Positions 1 through 8,771 of a stretch of DNA of 38,056 nt are shown in pieces. The position numbers were made by a program, and so were the translations under genes. This DNA comes from an uncultured Clostridia bacterium (GTDB taxonomy: Bacteria > Bacillota > Clostridia > Oscillospirales > Acutalibacteraceae), in NCBI GenBank assembly GCA_945971755.1, contig CAMFPJ010000001.1, forward strand, positions 1 to 38,056. The letters are read 5' to 3'. Positions within the stretch are counted from its first letter, which is position 1, and the number at the start of each line of letters is the position of its first letter. The notes under the pieces are model-generated. The model searched no databases. It was given only the letters and a program-made list of their open reading frames with translations, and was not told the origin of the DNA.

Positions 1-119
1 AGCGTTTTCATCGGTACAAGCGGCAAAACATCATACCTCCCCGTATACTGTTTTTATTCCGTAATATTTTACCACTATATACCGTAATTTACAATATTTA
101 TAAACAAATTAAATATAAA

Positions 120-165
120 AAATTGCACAAAAATGACGGTCTGAAGTTTATTCATCAGACCGCCG
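120..165 (-). terminator. Rho-independent terminator downstream of the 221-aa membrane protein gene
   Basis: 8-bp stem cggtctga (137-144) / tcagaccg (155-162) with a 10-nt loop. Read on the minus strand it is followed by tcatttttgtgcaatttttt. It starts a few nt after the stop codon at 170-172. Confidence 0.5.
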
Positions 166-169
166 TATA

Positions 170-835
170 TCATTTGATAATTTTAAGTTTATACATAGAA
201 AACGCACCTAAAATACTCACTGCGATTGTAACAAAAATCATTGTACCCACCGGTAATCCGGGTGAGAAAATATAAGCAAGAATTCCCACTGCAATAGGTA
301 AAATCGAAATTTTCCAATATTTTGCGAAATAAGAAGCACCGAGGGCCCCGAAAAGAGCAGGAACTACATATTCAAAAGCAGGTTTAATTACCGAGCCCTC
401 GGCAAGTATTTTCGGAAGCACGGGTGAAAACGCCAAAACACCGATTGCGATAATTACTGTTGTGGTAATTGCGGAAGCGCCGATTGCTATTGTTGAAATA
501 ATTTCGCCTTCTTCGCTGTTAGCCTTAACCTTGGCTCTTTCCATTGCGTTCATTGCGCAAGGAAGTTTTAAGTTTGTAATGTTGCCCGTTAAAAACGAAA
601 GATAAGTTCCCCCTGCGCCGAGCATAGGAGTGTAAGTTATAACCTCAATAACGGCAGTTGCCCAATAAATCGGCACAACGGTTAAAAGCGCTTTGAAAAG
701 AGTGTTAAACTCCGGAAATGCGTTGTATCTAATTGAGAAAATGAGTGGAACTGAGTAAAGCACTAACAGTGCGGACACAGACCAGACACTGCCCCAAAGG
801 TGCATTTTGTCGGTAAATGTTCTTTCTTTTTTCAT
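170..835 (-). CDS. Polytopic integral membrane protein, family not recognised (221 aa)
   Basis: ATG at 833-835 is preceded by AGGAGGG. The translation is almost entirely hydrophobic with about 6 TM-length segments. The start lies 12 nt downstream of the stop of the preceding membrane gene. Confidence 0.75.
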   Translation of the reverse strand: MKKERTFTDKMHLWGSVWSVSALLVLYSVPLIFSIRYNAFPEFNTLFKALLTVVPIYWATAVIEVITYTPMLGAGGTYLSFLTGNITNLKLPCAMNAMERAKVKANSEEGEIISTIAIGASAITTTVIIAIGVLAFSPVLPKILAEGSVIKPAFEYVVPALFGALGASYFAKYWKISILPIAVGILAYIFSPGLPVGTMIFVTIAVSILGAFSMYKLKIIK

Positions 836-847
836 TTTGTTCCCTCC

Positions 848-1609
848 TTATCTCCAAGTAAATGATGTTATGCTCTCGGGCAGAACGGTATTCAGTAAAA
901 TTGCAATTCCCATAGCCCCGAACATTGAGATGGGCAAAACAAACGGTTCAAGCTTTATAAGATTTTTCTTTTTGCACAAAAGGTCAAGAGCAACCGTAAA
1001 AATCATTGCGGAAAGCAACACCGAAACAGACATAAAACCTGCTGCGGGGGCGTCTGTGGGCACGCCTGCAACGGCACGGGCAATGAAAGCCGCAATAATT
1101 CCTATAAATGCCGCCGCGCCTAAAATATCACCCAGAGCATTTGAAGAACCGCTTTTTGCGGTAATTTTTTGCGTTGCTTTATGTACTTTTTTGCAAAGAA
1201 TGGGCAAAAGCACAAGGGGGAAGCATGAACCGATTGTCATTGTCCATGCGATAGTTGAAAACTGCGTTGGGTCTTTGATTTCATTGGCAAGCGACGAACC
1301 AAAAACACCTACTGCACTCTCGGCGGCAACTGTTTCATAAGCAAGATTGCCGATAACCGAAAGTCTTATCCACGGTAGAACAATTCCAAGGGCGGATGCA
1401 AGCGCCAACACAGTTGCGAGAATTGAAACTGCGGGAGCAACGGTAAAAAGCACGCTTGAAATTACGGTTTGTTTCATTTTGTCTTTTTCAACGCCGATTT
1501 CTTTGCCCCGTTTCCATGCCTTTACCATAAAGAAAACCGACTGAATTATTACGAACACTATTACCCCTGCTGCAAGGCAGTACATTAAAGGTCCTGTTTT
1601 GAAGTCCAT
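848..1609 (-). CDS. Polytopic integral membrane protein, family not recognised (253 aa)
   Basis: ATG at 1607-1609 is preceded by AAGGAG. There are multiple hydrophobic helices separated by short basic loops (KAWKRGKE, CKKVHKATQK, CKKKN). It is tightly coupled to the downstream 221-aa membrane gene. Confidence 0.75.
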   Translation of the reverse strand: MDFKTGPLMYCLAAGVIVFVIIQSVFFMVKAWKRGKEIGVEKDKMKQTVISSVLFTVAPAVSILATVLALASALGIVLPWIRLSVIGNLAYETVAAESAVGVFGSSLANEIKDPTQFSTIAWTMTIGSCFPLVLLPILCKKVHKATQKITAKSGSSNALGDILGAAAFIGIIAAFIARAVAGVPTDAPAAGFMSVSVLLSAMIFTVALDLLCKKKNLIKLEPFVLPISMFGAMGIAILLNTVLPESITSFTWR

Positions 1610-1718
1610 ATCATCACTCCTTAAATATCTATATTAAAGCATTTTTGAAGCTAAAAATCAATACGGTTTGACTTTTTTACTGCCTTATTATAGAATAAAA
1701 CACATTGAGGAGGCAATT

Positions 1719-2552
1719 ATGAAGAGTTTATACATAAGCGATTTGGACGGAACGCTTTTACATTCCGACCAGACATTTTCAGAATATGAAACGGAAAAGC
1801 TCAAAGAGTTTAATAAAAAAGGCATACTCTTCACGGTTGCGACGGCAAGAAGTATGATTACGGGTAAAATGCTTCTGGGCGGCATTCCCTTTTCCGTGCC
1901 TACGGTGCTTATGAACGGTGTTTTTATTTACGATATGGCGAAAAAACATGTTATTAAATATTTTGCCATAGAGAAAGAGGCTTACAAAAGAGTGCTTACG
2001 GTGTTTGAAGATTCAGGACTTCACCCAAATATTTTCACATTTGACGGCGAAAAGCTCTCAATAAGGTGCACCGGCATTGACACTAAGGCTATGCAGTGGT
2101 TTTTTGACACGCGAAAAGAAATGCTTGACGGCAGATTTTACGAGGTTGAAAGCCTTGAAACCCTGCCGAAGGGCGAAAGCCCCGTTTATTTCAATTTTTT
2201 TGCGCCGAAAGAAATGCTTGACCGCGTTTTTGAAAAACTCAAAGATGTTGAGGGAGTCAACGTGGCATATTACTCAGACCAATACACAGGCGGTTGGTTG
2301 ATGGAGATTTTTTCCGACACGGCTTCAAAATCGGGGGCTATGAAATTTATAAAGGAGTATGTCGGAGCAGATGAAACCGTTGCCTTCGGGGACAATCTGA
2401 ACGATATTCCGATGCTGAACGCGGCAGACCGAAGCGTTGCGGTTGAAAACGCAGTTGACGAAGTTAAAAAAATTGCCGATATAATTATCGGCACCAACAA
2501 TAACGACAGCGTGGTAAAATTTATTGCAAAAGAAAATGGGATAGAGATTTGA
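1719..2552 (+). CDS. Cof-type HAD-IIB family hydrolase (sugar-phosphate phosphatase-like)
   Basis: HAD motif I is DLDGTLL at the N-terminus, motif II is TVATARS, and motif IV is GDNLNDIPML. ATG 1719 is preceded by GAGGAGG (1706-1712). The ORF-track start at 1668 is a TTG extension without an RBS. Confidence 0.85.
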   Translation: MKSLYISDLDGTLLHSDQTFSEYETEKLKEFNKKGILFTVATARSMITGKMLLGGIPFSVPTVLMNGVFIYDMAKKHVIKYFAIEKEAYKRVLTVFEDSGLHPNIFTFDGEKLSIRCTGIDTKAMQWFFDTRKEMLDGRFYEVESLETLPKGESPVYFNFFAPKEMLDRVFEKLKDVEGVNVAYYSDQYTGGWLMEIFSDTASKSGAMKFIKEYVGADETVAFGDNLNDIPMLNAADRSVAVENAVDEVKKIADIIIGTNNNDSVVKFIAKENGIEI

Positions 2553-2579
2553 AAAAGCAGGCAAAAGCCTGCTTTTTTG
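2552..2579 (+). terminator. Rho-independent, probably bidirectional terminator after the HAD hydrolase gene
   Basis: Stem gcaggc (2557-2562), loop aaaa, stem gcctgc (2567-2572). It is flanked by an A-run upstream and tttttt (2573-2578) downstream, and begins at the stop codon. Confidence 0.75.
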
Positions 2580-2729
2580 TAAGTAACTTATTCTTTGGTT
2601 TCTGTTAAGTGAAATGAACTCGCTTATTTCAACGTCAATTACTGTTTCTTTATCGCGAAGAATATACACCTTTGAAAATCTTTCATTGAAAGGCTCGTTT
2701 TATAGTCGGAAACGGTTAAAGGAAGGTTT

Positions 2730-3929
2730 TTACATTTTTGAAAGTTCAATAAGCACCTCGGTCATTTTAACCATTGCGTCAACGGATACAAATTCGTGAA
2801 CACCGTGAAAATTCATTCCGCCCGTTGAAAGGTTTGGGCAGGGAAGTCCCTCATAAGAGAGTCTTGCGCCGTCCGTTCCGCCGCGAATAGGTACAATTTT
2901 CGGCTCAACTCCCACATTTTTCATTGCCTGTTTTGCGTTGCTGATAAGCTCCATGTGAGGCAGAATTTTAGCTTTCATATTGTAGTAGCTGTCAGTTAAG
3001 CTTAATTCCACCGTGTTATCCCCGTAAACGTAATTGATATAAGACACGGCATTTTCGGTAAAAGCTTTTCGGCGCTTAAATTCCGCCATACTGTGGTCAC
3101 GGATAATCATATTGATTTTTGTTTCTGTCTCGTTACCCGAAATATCGCAGACATGGTAAAAGCCTTCATAATTTTCCGTATGAGCGGGAGTTTCGCTTTT
3201 GGGGAACAAATCAATGAGCTCGGCAGCAATAAGCACAGAATTTTTCATCTTGTTTTTCGCAGAGCCCGGGTGAATGTTAACTCCGTGCACCGTAAAATGA
3301 GCGGCGGCGGCATTAAAGTTTTCGTATTCAATTTCGCCGATTTCACCGCCGTCAACGGTGTAAGCATACTTTGCAGGGAATTTTCCAAAATTGAAATGGT
3401 CTGCTCCCCTGCCGATTTCCTCGTCGGGAGTAATACAAACGGCAACGCCTTTATGTTTAATTTCAGGGTGGTTCACCAAATATTCAACCGCTGTTAAAAT
3501 TTCTGCAATTCCCGCCTTGTCATCAGCGCCCAAAAGTGTTGTTCCGTCAGTAACAATTAACTCCTGCCCTACAAAATTCTGCAAAAAAGGGAAAGCGTCA
3601 ACCGTAATTTCACCGCATTTGGACAGTTTAATATCGCCGCCCTTATAAATCAAGCTTTCCGGGTGAATATCTTTTCCGGAAACGGCAGGCGAAGTGTCCA
3701 TGTGTGCAATAAAGCCGACGGCGTCATCTCTGCCGTCATTACTCGGGAGAAAGCCGTAAACATAGCCTTTTTCATCCATTTCTGCGTTTTCAAGCCCTAT
3801 TTGTTCAAGCTCGTTTTTAAGATATTCGCCGAGAATTTTTTGTTTGTCGGTTGAGGGTACTGTTTCACTTTCTTCACAAGACGCAGTATCAAATGAAACG
3901 TATTTCAAAAATCTTTCTTTGATATTCAT
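2730..3929 (-). CDS. pepT: Peptidase T (tripeptide aminopeptidase, M20B)
   Basis: 399 aa. The N-terminus (ERFLKYVSFDTAS), the HMDTSP motif and the GADDKAG metal-ligand motif are typical of PepT. ATG at 3927-3929 with an upstream AGGAG. Confidence 0.9.
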   Translation of the reverse strand: MNIKERFLKYVSFDTASCEESETVPSTDKQKILGEYLKNELEQIGLENAEMDEKGYVYGFLPSNDGRDDAVGFIAHMDTSPAVSGKDIHPESLIYKGGDIKLSKCGEITVDAFPFLQNFVGQELIVTDGTTLLGADDKAGIAEILTAVEYLVNHPEIKHKGVAVCITPDEEIGRGADHFNFGKFPAKYAYTVDGGEIGEIEYENFNAAAAHFTVHGVNIHPGSAKNKMKNSVLIAAELIDLFPKSETPAHTENYEGFYHVCDISGNETETKINMIIRDHSMAEFKRRKAFTENAVSYINYVYGDNTVELSLTDSYYNMKAKILPHMELISNAKQAMKNVGVEPKIVPIRGGTDGARLSYEGLPCPNLSTGGMNFHGVHEFVSVDAMVKMTEVLIELSKM

Positions 3930-3944
3930 ATTATTATATTCTCC

Positions 3945-5354
3945 TTAAATCTCTTTAAGAATTTCACAAAGGTAACTATAAGTTCTCTCCACTGAGGAAA
4001 TAGAGAGTTTTTCACGTGAGGTGTGAATATCCTGCATGTCGGGACCAAAGGAAACAGCATCAAGCCCCTCTATTTTGTCACAGAAAAGTCCGCACTCAAG
4101 CCCTGCGTGGATAACATCAACAACAGGCTTTTTACCGTAAAGCTTTTCAAATACTTTTACCATCGTGTCACGAAGAGGTGACTCTTTTCTGTATTCCCAG
4201 GCAGGGTAATGACCGTGGTCGGAATACTCCGCACCGAAATTTTGGGCAATACTTTTAAGTTCTGCAAGCAGTTCTGTTTTTTCGTTATTTACGGAACTAC
4301 GAACAGAGAAAGTGCAGGTCAGTTTGCCGTTTTCAAACTTAAGCACACCCAGGTTAAGTGAAGTTTGAACAAGATTTGGTATTTCCTCACTCATTTTTTG
4401 AACACCGTTAGGAAACGCACAAACAAGCTTTACTGCATTCCTTGAATTTTCTTCGCTTAACACAGGTAAAAATCCGTTATTTTCTTCTACCGTAATTTTA
4501 AGATTCGGGTCATTTTCGTTTTTATGCTCTTTGATAAATTTTTCAATAATCGGACGCGGGTCACAGTCTGTTGATAAGATACATTCGCTTCTGTTGGGAA
4601 TTACGTTGTCCTTTGCTCCGCCCCTAATATCAGCTAAATTGAAATGCGGAAGTCCCGATAAAAGCTCAGCCAAGATTTTGTTTGCGTTGTATCTGTTTTT
4701 ATGAATTTCTACGCCCGAATGACCGCCGATAAGCCCTGAAACCGTGATTTTTACCGTTTCTTTTTCTTCGGTAAAGTCTATGGGCAAAGCAATCTCTGCT
4801 CTCGCCCCTCCTGCACAGCCAACAGTTAAGACGCCCTCATCTTCAGAGTCGGCATTGATTAAGATTTTGCCGGTTAAAAGACTCGGGTCAAGCCCGTCGG
4901 CACCGTACATTCCCGTTTCTTCATCTGTAGTGAACAAAACTTCAAGGGCAGGATGCTTTGCGTTTTTATCGTCAAGAATTGCAAGTGCCATTGCAACGGC
5001 TATGCCGTCGTCCCCACCGAGAGTTGTACCCTTTGCAGTAACAAAATCACCGTCAATCATAAGATTAAGCCCATCTGCCGAAAAGTCAAAATCTACATCT
5101 GCGTCTTTTTCACATACCATATCAAGATGGCCCTGCAAAATAACAGTCGGTCTGTCCTCAAAACCTTTTGAAGCAGGTTTTCTTATTACAACATTGTTAT
5201 GCTCATCCTGTGAAAAGTCAAAACCGTGAGATTTTGCAAACTCAACGCAGTAATCGCTTATTCTTTTTGTGTCCCCCGAGCCGTGAGGAACAGAACAAAG
5301 TTCTTCAAAATACCAAAACACTTTTTTAGGCTCAATATTTTCTAAAACTCTCAT
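3945..5354 (-). CDS. pepD: Aminoacyl-histidine (Xaa-His) dipeptidase, M20C
   Basis: 469 aa. The N-terminus (LENIEPKKVFWYFEELCSVPHGSG), the GHLDMV and GGDDGIAVA motifs, and the length all match the PepD family. Confidence 0.88.
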   Translation of the reverse strand: MRVLENIEPKKVFWYFEELCSVPHGSGDTKRISDYCVEFAKSHGFDFSQDEHNNVVIRKPASKGFEDRPTVILQGHLDMVCEKDADVDFDFSADGLNLMIDGDFVTAKGTTLGGDDGIAVAMALAILDDKNAKHPALEVLFTTDEETGMYGADGLDPSLLTGKILINADSEDEGVLTVGCAGGARAEIALPIDFTEEKETVKITVSGLIGGHSGVEIHKNRYNANKILAELLSGLPHFNLADIRGGAKDNVIPNRSECILSTDCDPRPIIEKFIKEHKNENDPNLKITVEENNGFLPVLSEENSRNAVKLVCAFPNGVQKMSEEIPNLVQTSLNLGVLKFENGKLTCTFSVRSSVNNEKTELLAELKSIAQNFGAEYSDHGHYPAWEYRKESPLRDTMVKVFEKLYGKKPVVDVIHAGLECGLFCDKIEGLDAVSFGPDMQDIHTSREKLSISSVERTYSYLCEILKEI

Positions 5355-5362
5355 AATACTTC

Positions 5363-6751
5363 TTAAAAACTCACCTTTCCGTTCAAATATAAATCAAGAT
5401 AAATAGCATCAAAGGCATCAACTGCGCCGTCACCGTTTATATCACAGCGGCAGTAAATGTTCTCTCCTACCGTTCCGTATTTTTGCTGAATGAAACCTAC
5501 AAGAAAATCATAATCTTTTCTGTTTATTGCGCCGTCTCCGTTGGCATCACCTTTAGTTTTGGCGGTTTTATCGTTGATTAAAATTTCAATGTATATTACG
5601 TCAAATGCATCAACTGCACCGTCCATTGTTAAATCGCCGACTAATTGTTCGTATTTTGTCATTCTGTGTGCACAGGTAACCGACGCATAATAAATTGCAT
5701 AATCATTGGCAGTTAATTCACCGTCAAAGTCCATATCACCTATTACCGCACTGTCTAAATCAACAAACGCAAAGCCGTTGTCCTCAGCAAAGCTCTCTGC
5801 ATAAGTTCCGGAGAAGCCGTAAATCACCGATTTTTTACCCTTAAAAGCATCTAAATCAATATACGTCACAGACGAAGGAATATAGACATCTTTTGTGCCT
5901 ATCAGCCCGTTGGAAATGCTTGTTACTCCGTCACCCACCGTAAGTTCAAAAGGCTCCTCTTTTGAGGCTACCGCACGGGTGCCAAGGCACAGAAAATCGC
6001 CCTTCCAGTTTGACTCATTGTTATAAATTGCCGTATTCAAAAACGCATCCTCATAAATTTTGCACCAAGGGTTTCCGATAACTGCATTATCAAGTGAGGT
6101 ACATCCCGAAAAGGCACTCGCACCCACAGTAACAATTTTTTCGGAAATTGTTGTTTTCTTTAAGCCCGCTTCGTTTCTAAATGCGCCGTCTGCAATAACT
6201 GTTGTGTCAAATTTTGGATCATATGTGCCTTTAACACGGCAACGAACAAGCACCGTGCCGAGATAAATGTATTCCAGCTCATCTGCCTTAATGAACTCCC
6301 ACGGGTATGTGTCCTGACCGTTACCAAAACTCCAATCGGGAGATGAAGAAGCGGTAGGTTTTATTGTCCAGTTGTCTTTGTTATTGTAGTAAGCAGTATT
6401 AGAAATCGCATTTTCGCCAAATCGGGTAACAGTGGTCGGCAATATTATTTCATTCAGGTTTTGGCAGTCCTCAAAGGCAGAATCACGAATTTCGCAAATA
6501 CCCTCAGAAACAGTCACTGAATTAAGGCTCATATTACTTTTGAAAGCATTTTCGCCGATTGCAAAAACGGTGTATCCGCCTAAAGTGCTTGGAACGGTAA
6601 GGGCCGTGTGAGTGCCGAAGTATCCCGTAATGACCGCCTTTCCGTTTTCCAATTCATAAGTAAAGCCGGATGTTTCAAGAGAAAAGGCAGAAACAGTCAT
6701 TACCGACAAAAAGATAATTACGGATAAAAATACAGAAAATATTTTTTTCAT
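5363..6751 (-). CDS. Secreted BspA-type leucine-rich-repeat protein with two C-terminal dockerin modules
   Basis: Start taken at the internal ATG (6749-6751), giving MKKIFSVFLSVIIFLSVMTVSAFS, a classic signal peptide. Repeated AF..C..L..V.IP-type LRR_5-like units are present. Four EF-hand-like loops (DMDFDGELTAND, DLTMDGAVDAFD, DANGDGAINRKD, DINGDGAVDAFD) make two dockerins. Confidence 0.85.
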   Translation of the reverse strand: MKKIFSVFLSVIIFLSVMTVSAFSLETSGFTYELENGKAVITGYFGTHTALTVPSTLGGYTVFAIGENAFKSNMSLNSVTVSEGICEIRDSAFEDCQNLNEIILPTTVTRFGENAISNTAYYNNKDNWTIKPTASSSPDWSFGNGQDTYPWEFIKADELEYIYLGTVLVRCRVKGTYDPKFDTTVIADGAFRNEAGLKKTTISEKIVTVGASAFSGCTSLDNAVIGNPWCKIYEDAFLNTAIYNNESNWKGDFLCLGTRAVASKEEPFELTVGDGVTSISNGLIGTKDVYIPSSVTYIDLDAFKGKKSVIYGFSGTYAESFAEDNGFAFVDLDSAVIGDMDFDGELTANDYAIYYASVTCAHRMTKYEQLVGDLTMDGAVDAFDVIYIEILINDKTAKTKGDANGDGAINRKDYDFLVGFIQQKYGTVGENIYCRCDINGDGAVDAFDAIYLDLYLNGKVSF

Positions 6752-6785
6752 AAATTCGCTGCCTTTCTTCTTGATATGTCTTTTT

Positions 6786-6814
6786 ATTGTACCACAATAT
6801 ACTTTTTGTTGCAA
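6786..6814 (-). promoter_or_regulatory. SigA-type promoter for the LRR-dockerin / pepD / pepT operon
   Basis: On the minus strand: TTGCAA (6809-6814), a 17-nt spacer ending in TGG (extended -10), then TACAAT (6786-6791). This lies about 35 nt upstream of the ATG at 6751. Confidence 0.55.
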
Positions 6815-6840
6815 TAAAAAAAGAGTGGTTTCCCACCCTT
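6815..6840 (-). terminator. Rho-independent terminator after eda
   Basis: On the minus strand: gggtgg-gaaa-ccactc hairpin (6823-6838) followed by ttttttt (plus-strand A-run 6815-6822). It lies 16 nt after the eda stop. Confidence 0.65.
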
Positions 6841-6855
6841 TTAATTTGATTGAAA

Positions 6856-7512
6856 TTATGAAATTCCGAGTTCCGCACGGGCAGCCTTAATATTCTCTAC
6901 AAAGCGTTTACCTGTTTCGGTAATCTTTTTATAATCGCCTGTTTTTGCGCCTGCGGTAAGAGATGAACCTGCGCCGACTGCAACTGCGCCTGCTTTTATC
7001 CATTCGCCTACATTATCAGCGTCAACACCGCCTGTGGGCATCATTTTAGCATAAGGAATCGGGCCCTTAATATCCTTAATAATTTTTGGTCCGAACAGGT
7101 CGGCAGGGAATACTTTAAGAATGTCTGCGCCGTTTTCCATAGCAAGAAGTCCCTCACGAACAGACATAATACCGGGCATCATCGGAACTCTGTAACGGTT
7201 GCAAAGGTGAAGTGTGTCAAGGTCAAGGGCGGGGCTTACAATGTATTCTGCGCCTGAAAGCATAGCAATTCGGGCTGTTGTTGCGTCAAGAACCGTACCT
7301 GCACCGAGAATAATCTCCTCAGGTGTATAACGCTTTGCAAGTTCTTCAATGACCTTGTCAGCGTGCGGAACGGTAAAAGTAAGCTCGATAGCCGCAACGC
7401 CGCCCTCAATGCAAGCGTCTGTAATTCTGATTGCTTTGTCAACCGACTCGGCACGGACAACGGCCACAATACCGCAATCCTGAATTCTGGTAATGATTTT
7501 TTCTTTGTCCAT
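6856..7512 (-). CDS. eda: 2-dehydro-3-deoxyphosphogluconate / 4-hydroxy-2-oxoglutarate aldolase
   Basis: 218 aa. Contains VAVVR, IELTF, GAGTVL and LKVFPA (Schiff-base Lys context), which are typical of KDPG aldolase. ATG at 7510-7512 with GAGGAG 8 nt upstream. Confidence 0.88.
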   Translation of the reverse strand: MDKEKIITRIQDCGIVAVVRAESVDKAIRITDACIEGGVAAIELTFTVPHADKVIEELAKRYTPEEIILGAGTVLDATTARIAMLSGAEYIVSPALDLDTLHLCNRYRVPMMPGIMSVREGLLAMENGADILKVFPADLFGPKIIKDIKGPIPYAKMMPTGGVDADNVGEWIKAGAVAVGAGSSLTAGAKTGDYKKITETGKRFVENIKAARAELGIS

Positions 7513-7531
7513 ATTTACATCTCCTCAATAA

Positions 7532-7603
7532 CGGAGGAACAATCCCCCGTCAAACATTTTTATTTTTTACAGATAAAATTTTGCCATACAAAACGTTCCT
7601 CCG
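7532..7603 (-). repeat. Perfect 9-bp inverted repeat (cggaggaac / gttcctccg) spanning the kdgK-eda spacer
   Basis: Arm 1 is at 7532-7540 and arm 2 at 7595-7603, separated by 54 nt. In the mRNA sense, the proximal arm ends 19 nt upstream of the eda ATG, next to its GAGGAG RBS. Confidence 0.5.
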
Positions 7604-7656
7604 ATGAATATGGGAATATTTTGAGACGGCAGTACGAAGTATTGCGTAAAAAGAAC

Positions 7657-8754
7657 TTATCTGTCAACTCTTGCACCGGCACCTGAAACGATTTTCTCAA
7701 CCTCTTTAAGTGATGCCATTGACGTGTCACCGGGAGTTGTCATAGCGAGGGCACCGTGTGCCACGCCGTAATTAACTGCCGTTTGCGGGTCGCCCGTTGT
7801 GATAAGTCCGTAAACAAGACCGGAGGCAAATGAGTCACCGCCGCCGACACGGTCATAAATTTCAAGAGAGGGAAGTGAAAGTCCGTTATATACTTTTCCG
7901 TCAGCATAGCAAATTGCCGACCAGTCATTAACTGTTGCGGTTTTAACGGTACGAAGAGTAGTTGCAATAACCTTAAAGTTAGGATATGCTTTGCAAACCT
8001 CACCGAGCATTTTATAATAGCCTTCTATATTGAGTGATTTAAGATTTGCGTCATTACCCTCAATTTCAAAGCCGAGGCAGGCTGTGAAATCTTCTTCGTT
8101 ACCAATCATAACGTCTATATATTTTGCGATTTCCCTGTTAACCTCTTGTGCTTTTGCCTTTCCGCCGATGTCGTTCCAAAGTGACGGACGGTAGTTAAGG
8201 TCATAGGAAACGATTGTGCCGTATTTTTTAGCCGCCTTAACAGCTTCAATTACCACTTCACTTGTTGTTTCCGAAAGTGCGGCAAAAATTCCGCCTGTGT
8301 GAAGCCAGCGAACTCCGAGAGTACCGAAAATGTAGTCCCAGTCAATATCTCCCGCTTTAAGCTGTGAAATTGCCGTATTTCCTCTGTCGGATACGCCTAC
8401 TGCGCCGCGGATACCGTATCCGCGTTCCGTAAAGTTAAGACCGTTACGGACATTTCTGCCGATACCGTCATATTTTACCCATTTAATAAGGGAAGTGTCA
8501 ACGCCGCCCTGAAGCATAAGGTCTTCAACAAGTCTGCCGACCTCATTATCTGCAAGGGCAGTTACTGCGGCAGTTTTAAGACCGAAGCAACGGCGAAGTC
8601 CGCGCGCAACATTATACTCACCGCCGCCTTCCCAAACCCTAAAGGAACGGGCAGTTTTAATTCTGCCGTCGCCCGGGTCAAGGCGCAGCATAATTTCACC
8701 AAGTGAAATCATGTCAAATGTACATTCATTCTTATCTCTTAACTTAAGGTCCAT
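7657..8754 (-). CDS. kdgK: PfkB-family sugar kinase, 2-dehydro-3-deoxygluconokinase-like
   Basis: About 365 aa. Has an N-terminal LGE.MLRL motif, a GG dipeptide region and a C-terminal GGGDSFASG anion-hole motif. ATG at 8752-8754 with GGAGG 8 nt upstream; the ORF-track start at 8769 is TTG. It lies between uxuB and eda. Confidence 0.75.
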   Translation of the reverse strand: MDLKLRDKNECTFDMISLGEIMLRLDPGDGRIKTARSFRVWEGGGEYNVARGLRRCFGLKTAAVTALADNEVGRLVEDLMLQGGVDTSLIKWVKYDGIGRNVRNGLNFTERGYGIRGAVGVSDRGNTAISQLKAGDIDWDYIFGTLGVRWLHTGGIFAALSETTSEVVIEAVKAAKKYGTIVSYDLNYRPSLWNDIGGKAKAQEVNREIAKYIDVMIGNEEDFTACLGFEIEGNDANLKSLNIEGYYKMLGEVCKAYPNFKVIATTLRTVKTATVNDWSAICYADGKVYNGLSLPSLEIYDRVGGGDSFASGLVYGLITTGDPQTAVNYGVAHGALAMTTPGDTSMASLKEVEKIVSGAGARVDR

Positions 8755-8771
8755 TTGTTTTGCCTCCAAAA

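Noticed and set aside
1-40. GGAGG-ATGATG on the minus strand at the window edge
   Set aside because: The frame stops after 8 codons (MMFCRLYR*). That is too short to call, and the flanking context is cut by the window edge.
807-1340. 177-aa ORF on the plus strand overlapping both membrane protein genes
   Set aside because: It is antisense to two well-supported genes with strong RBSs. It has no RBS, and its composition is typical of the reverse frame of a hydrophobic coding region.
2580-2729. 150-nt gap between the pepT stop and the shared terminator; possible sRNA or small ORF
   Set aside because: Only a 15-codon ORF and a weak 6-bp hairpin (tctttc/gaaagg) were found, with no promoter-like elements. 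The region is most simply a long pepT 3' UTR.
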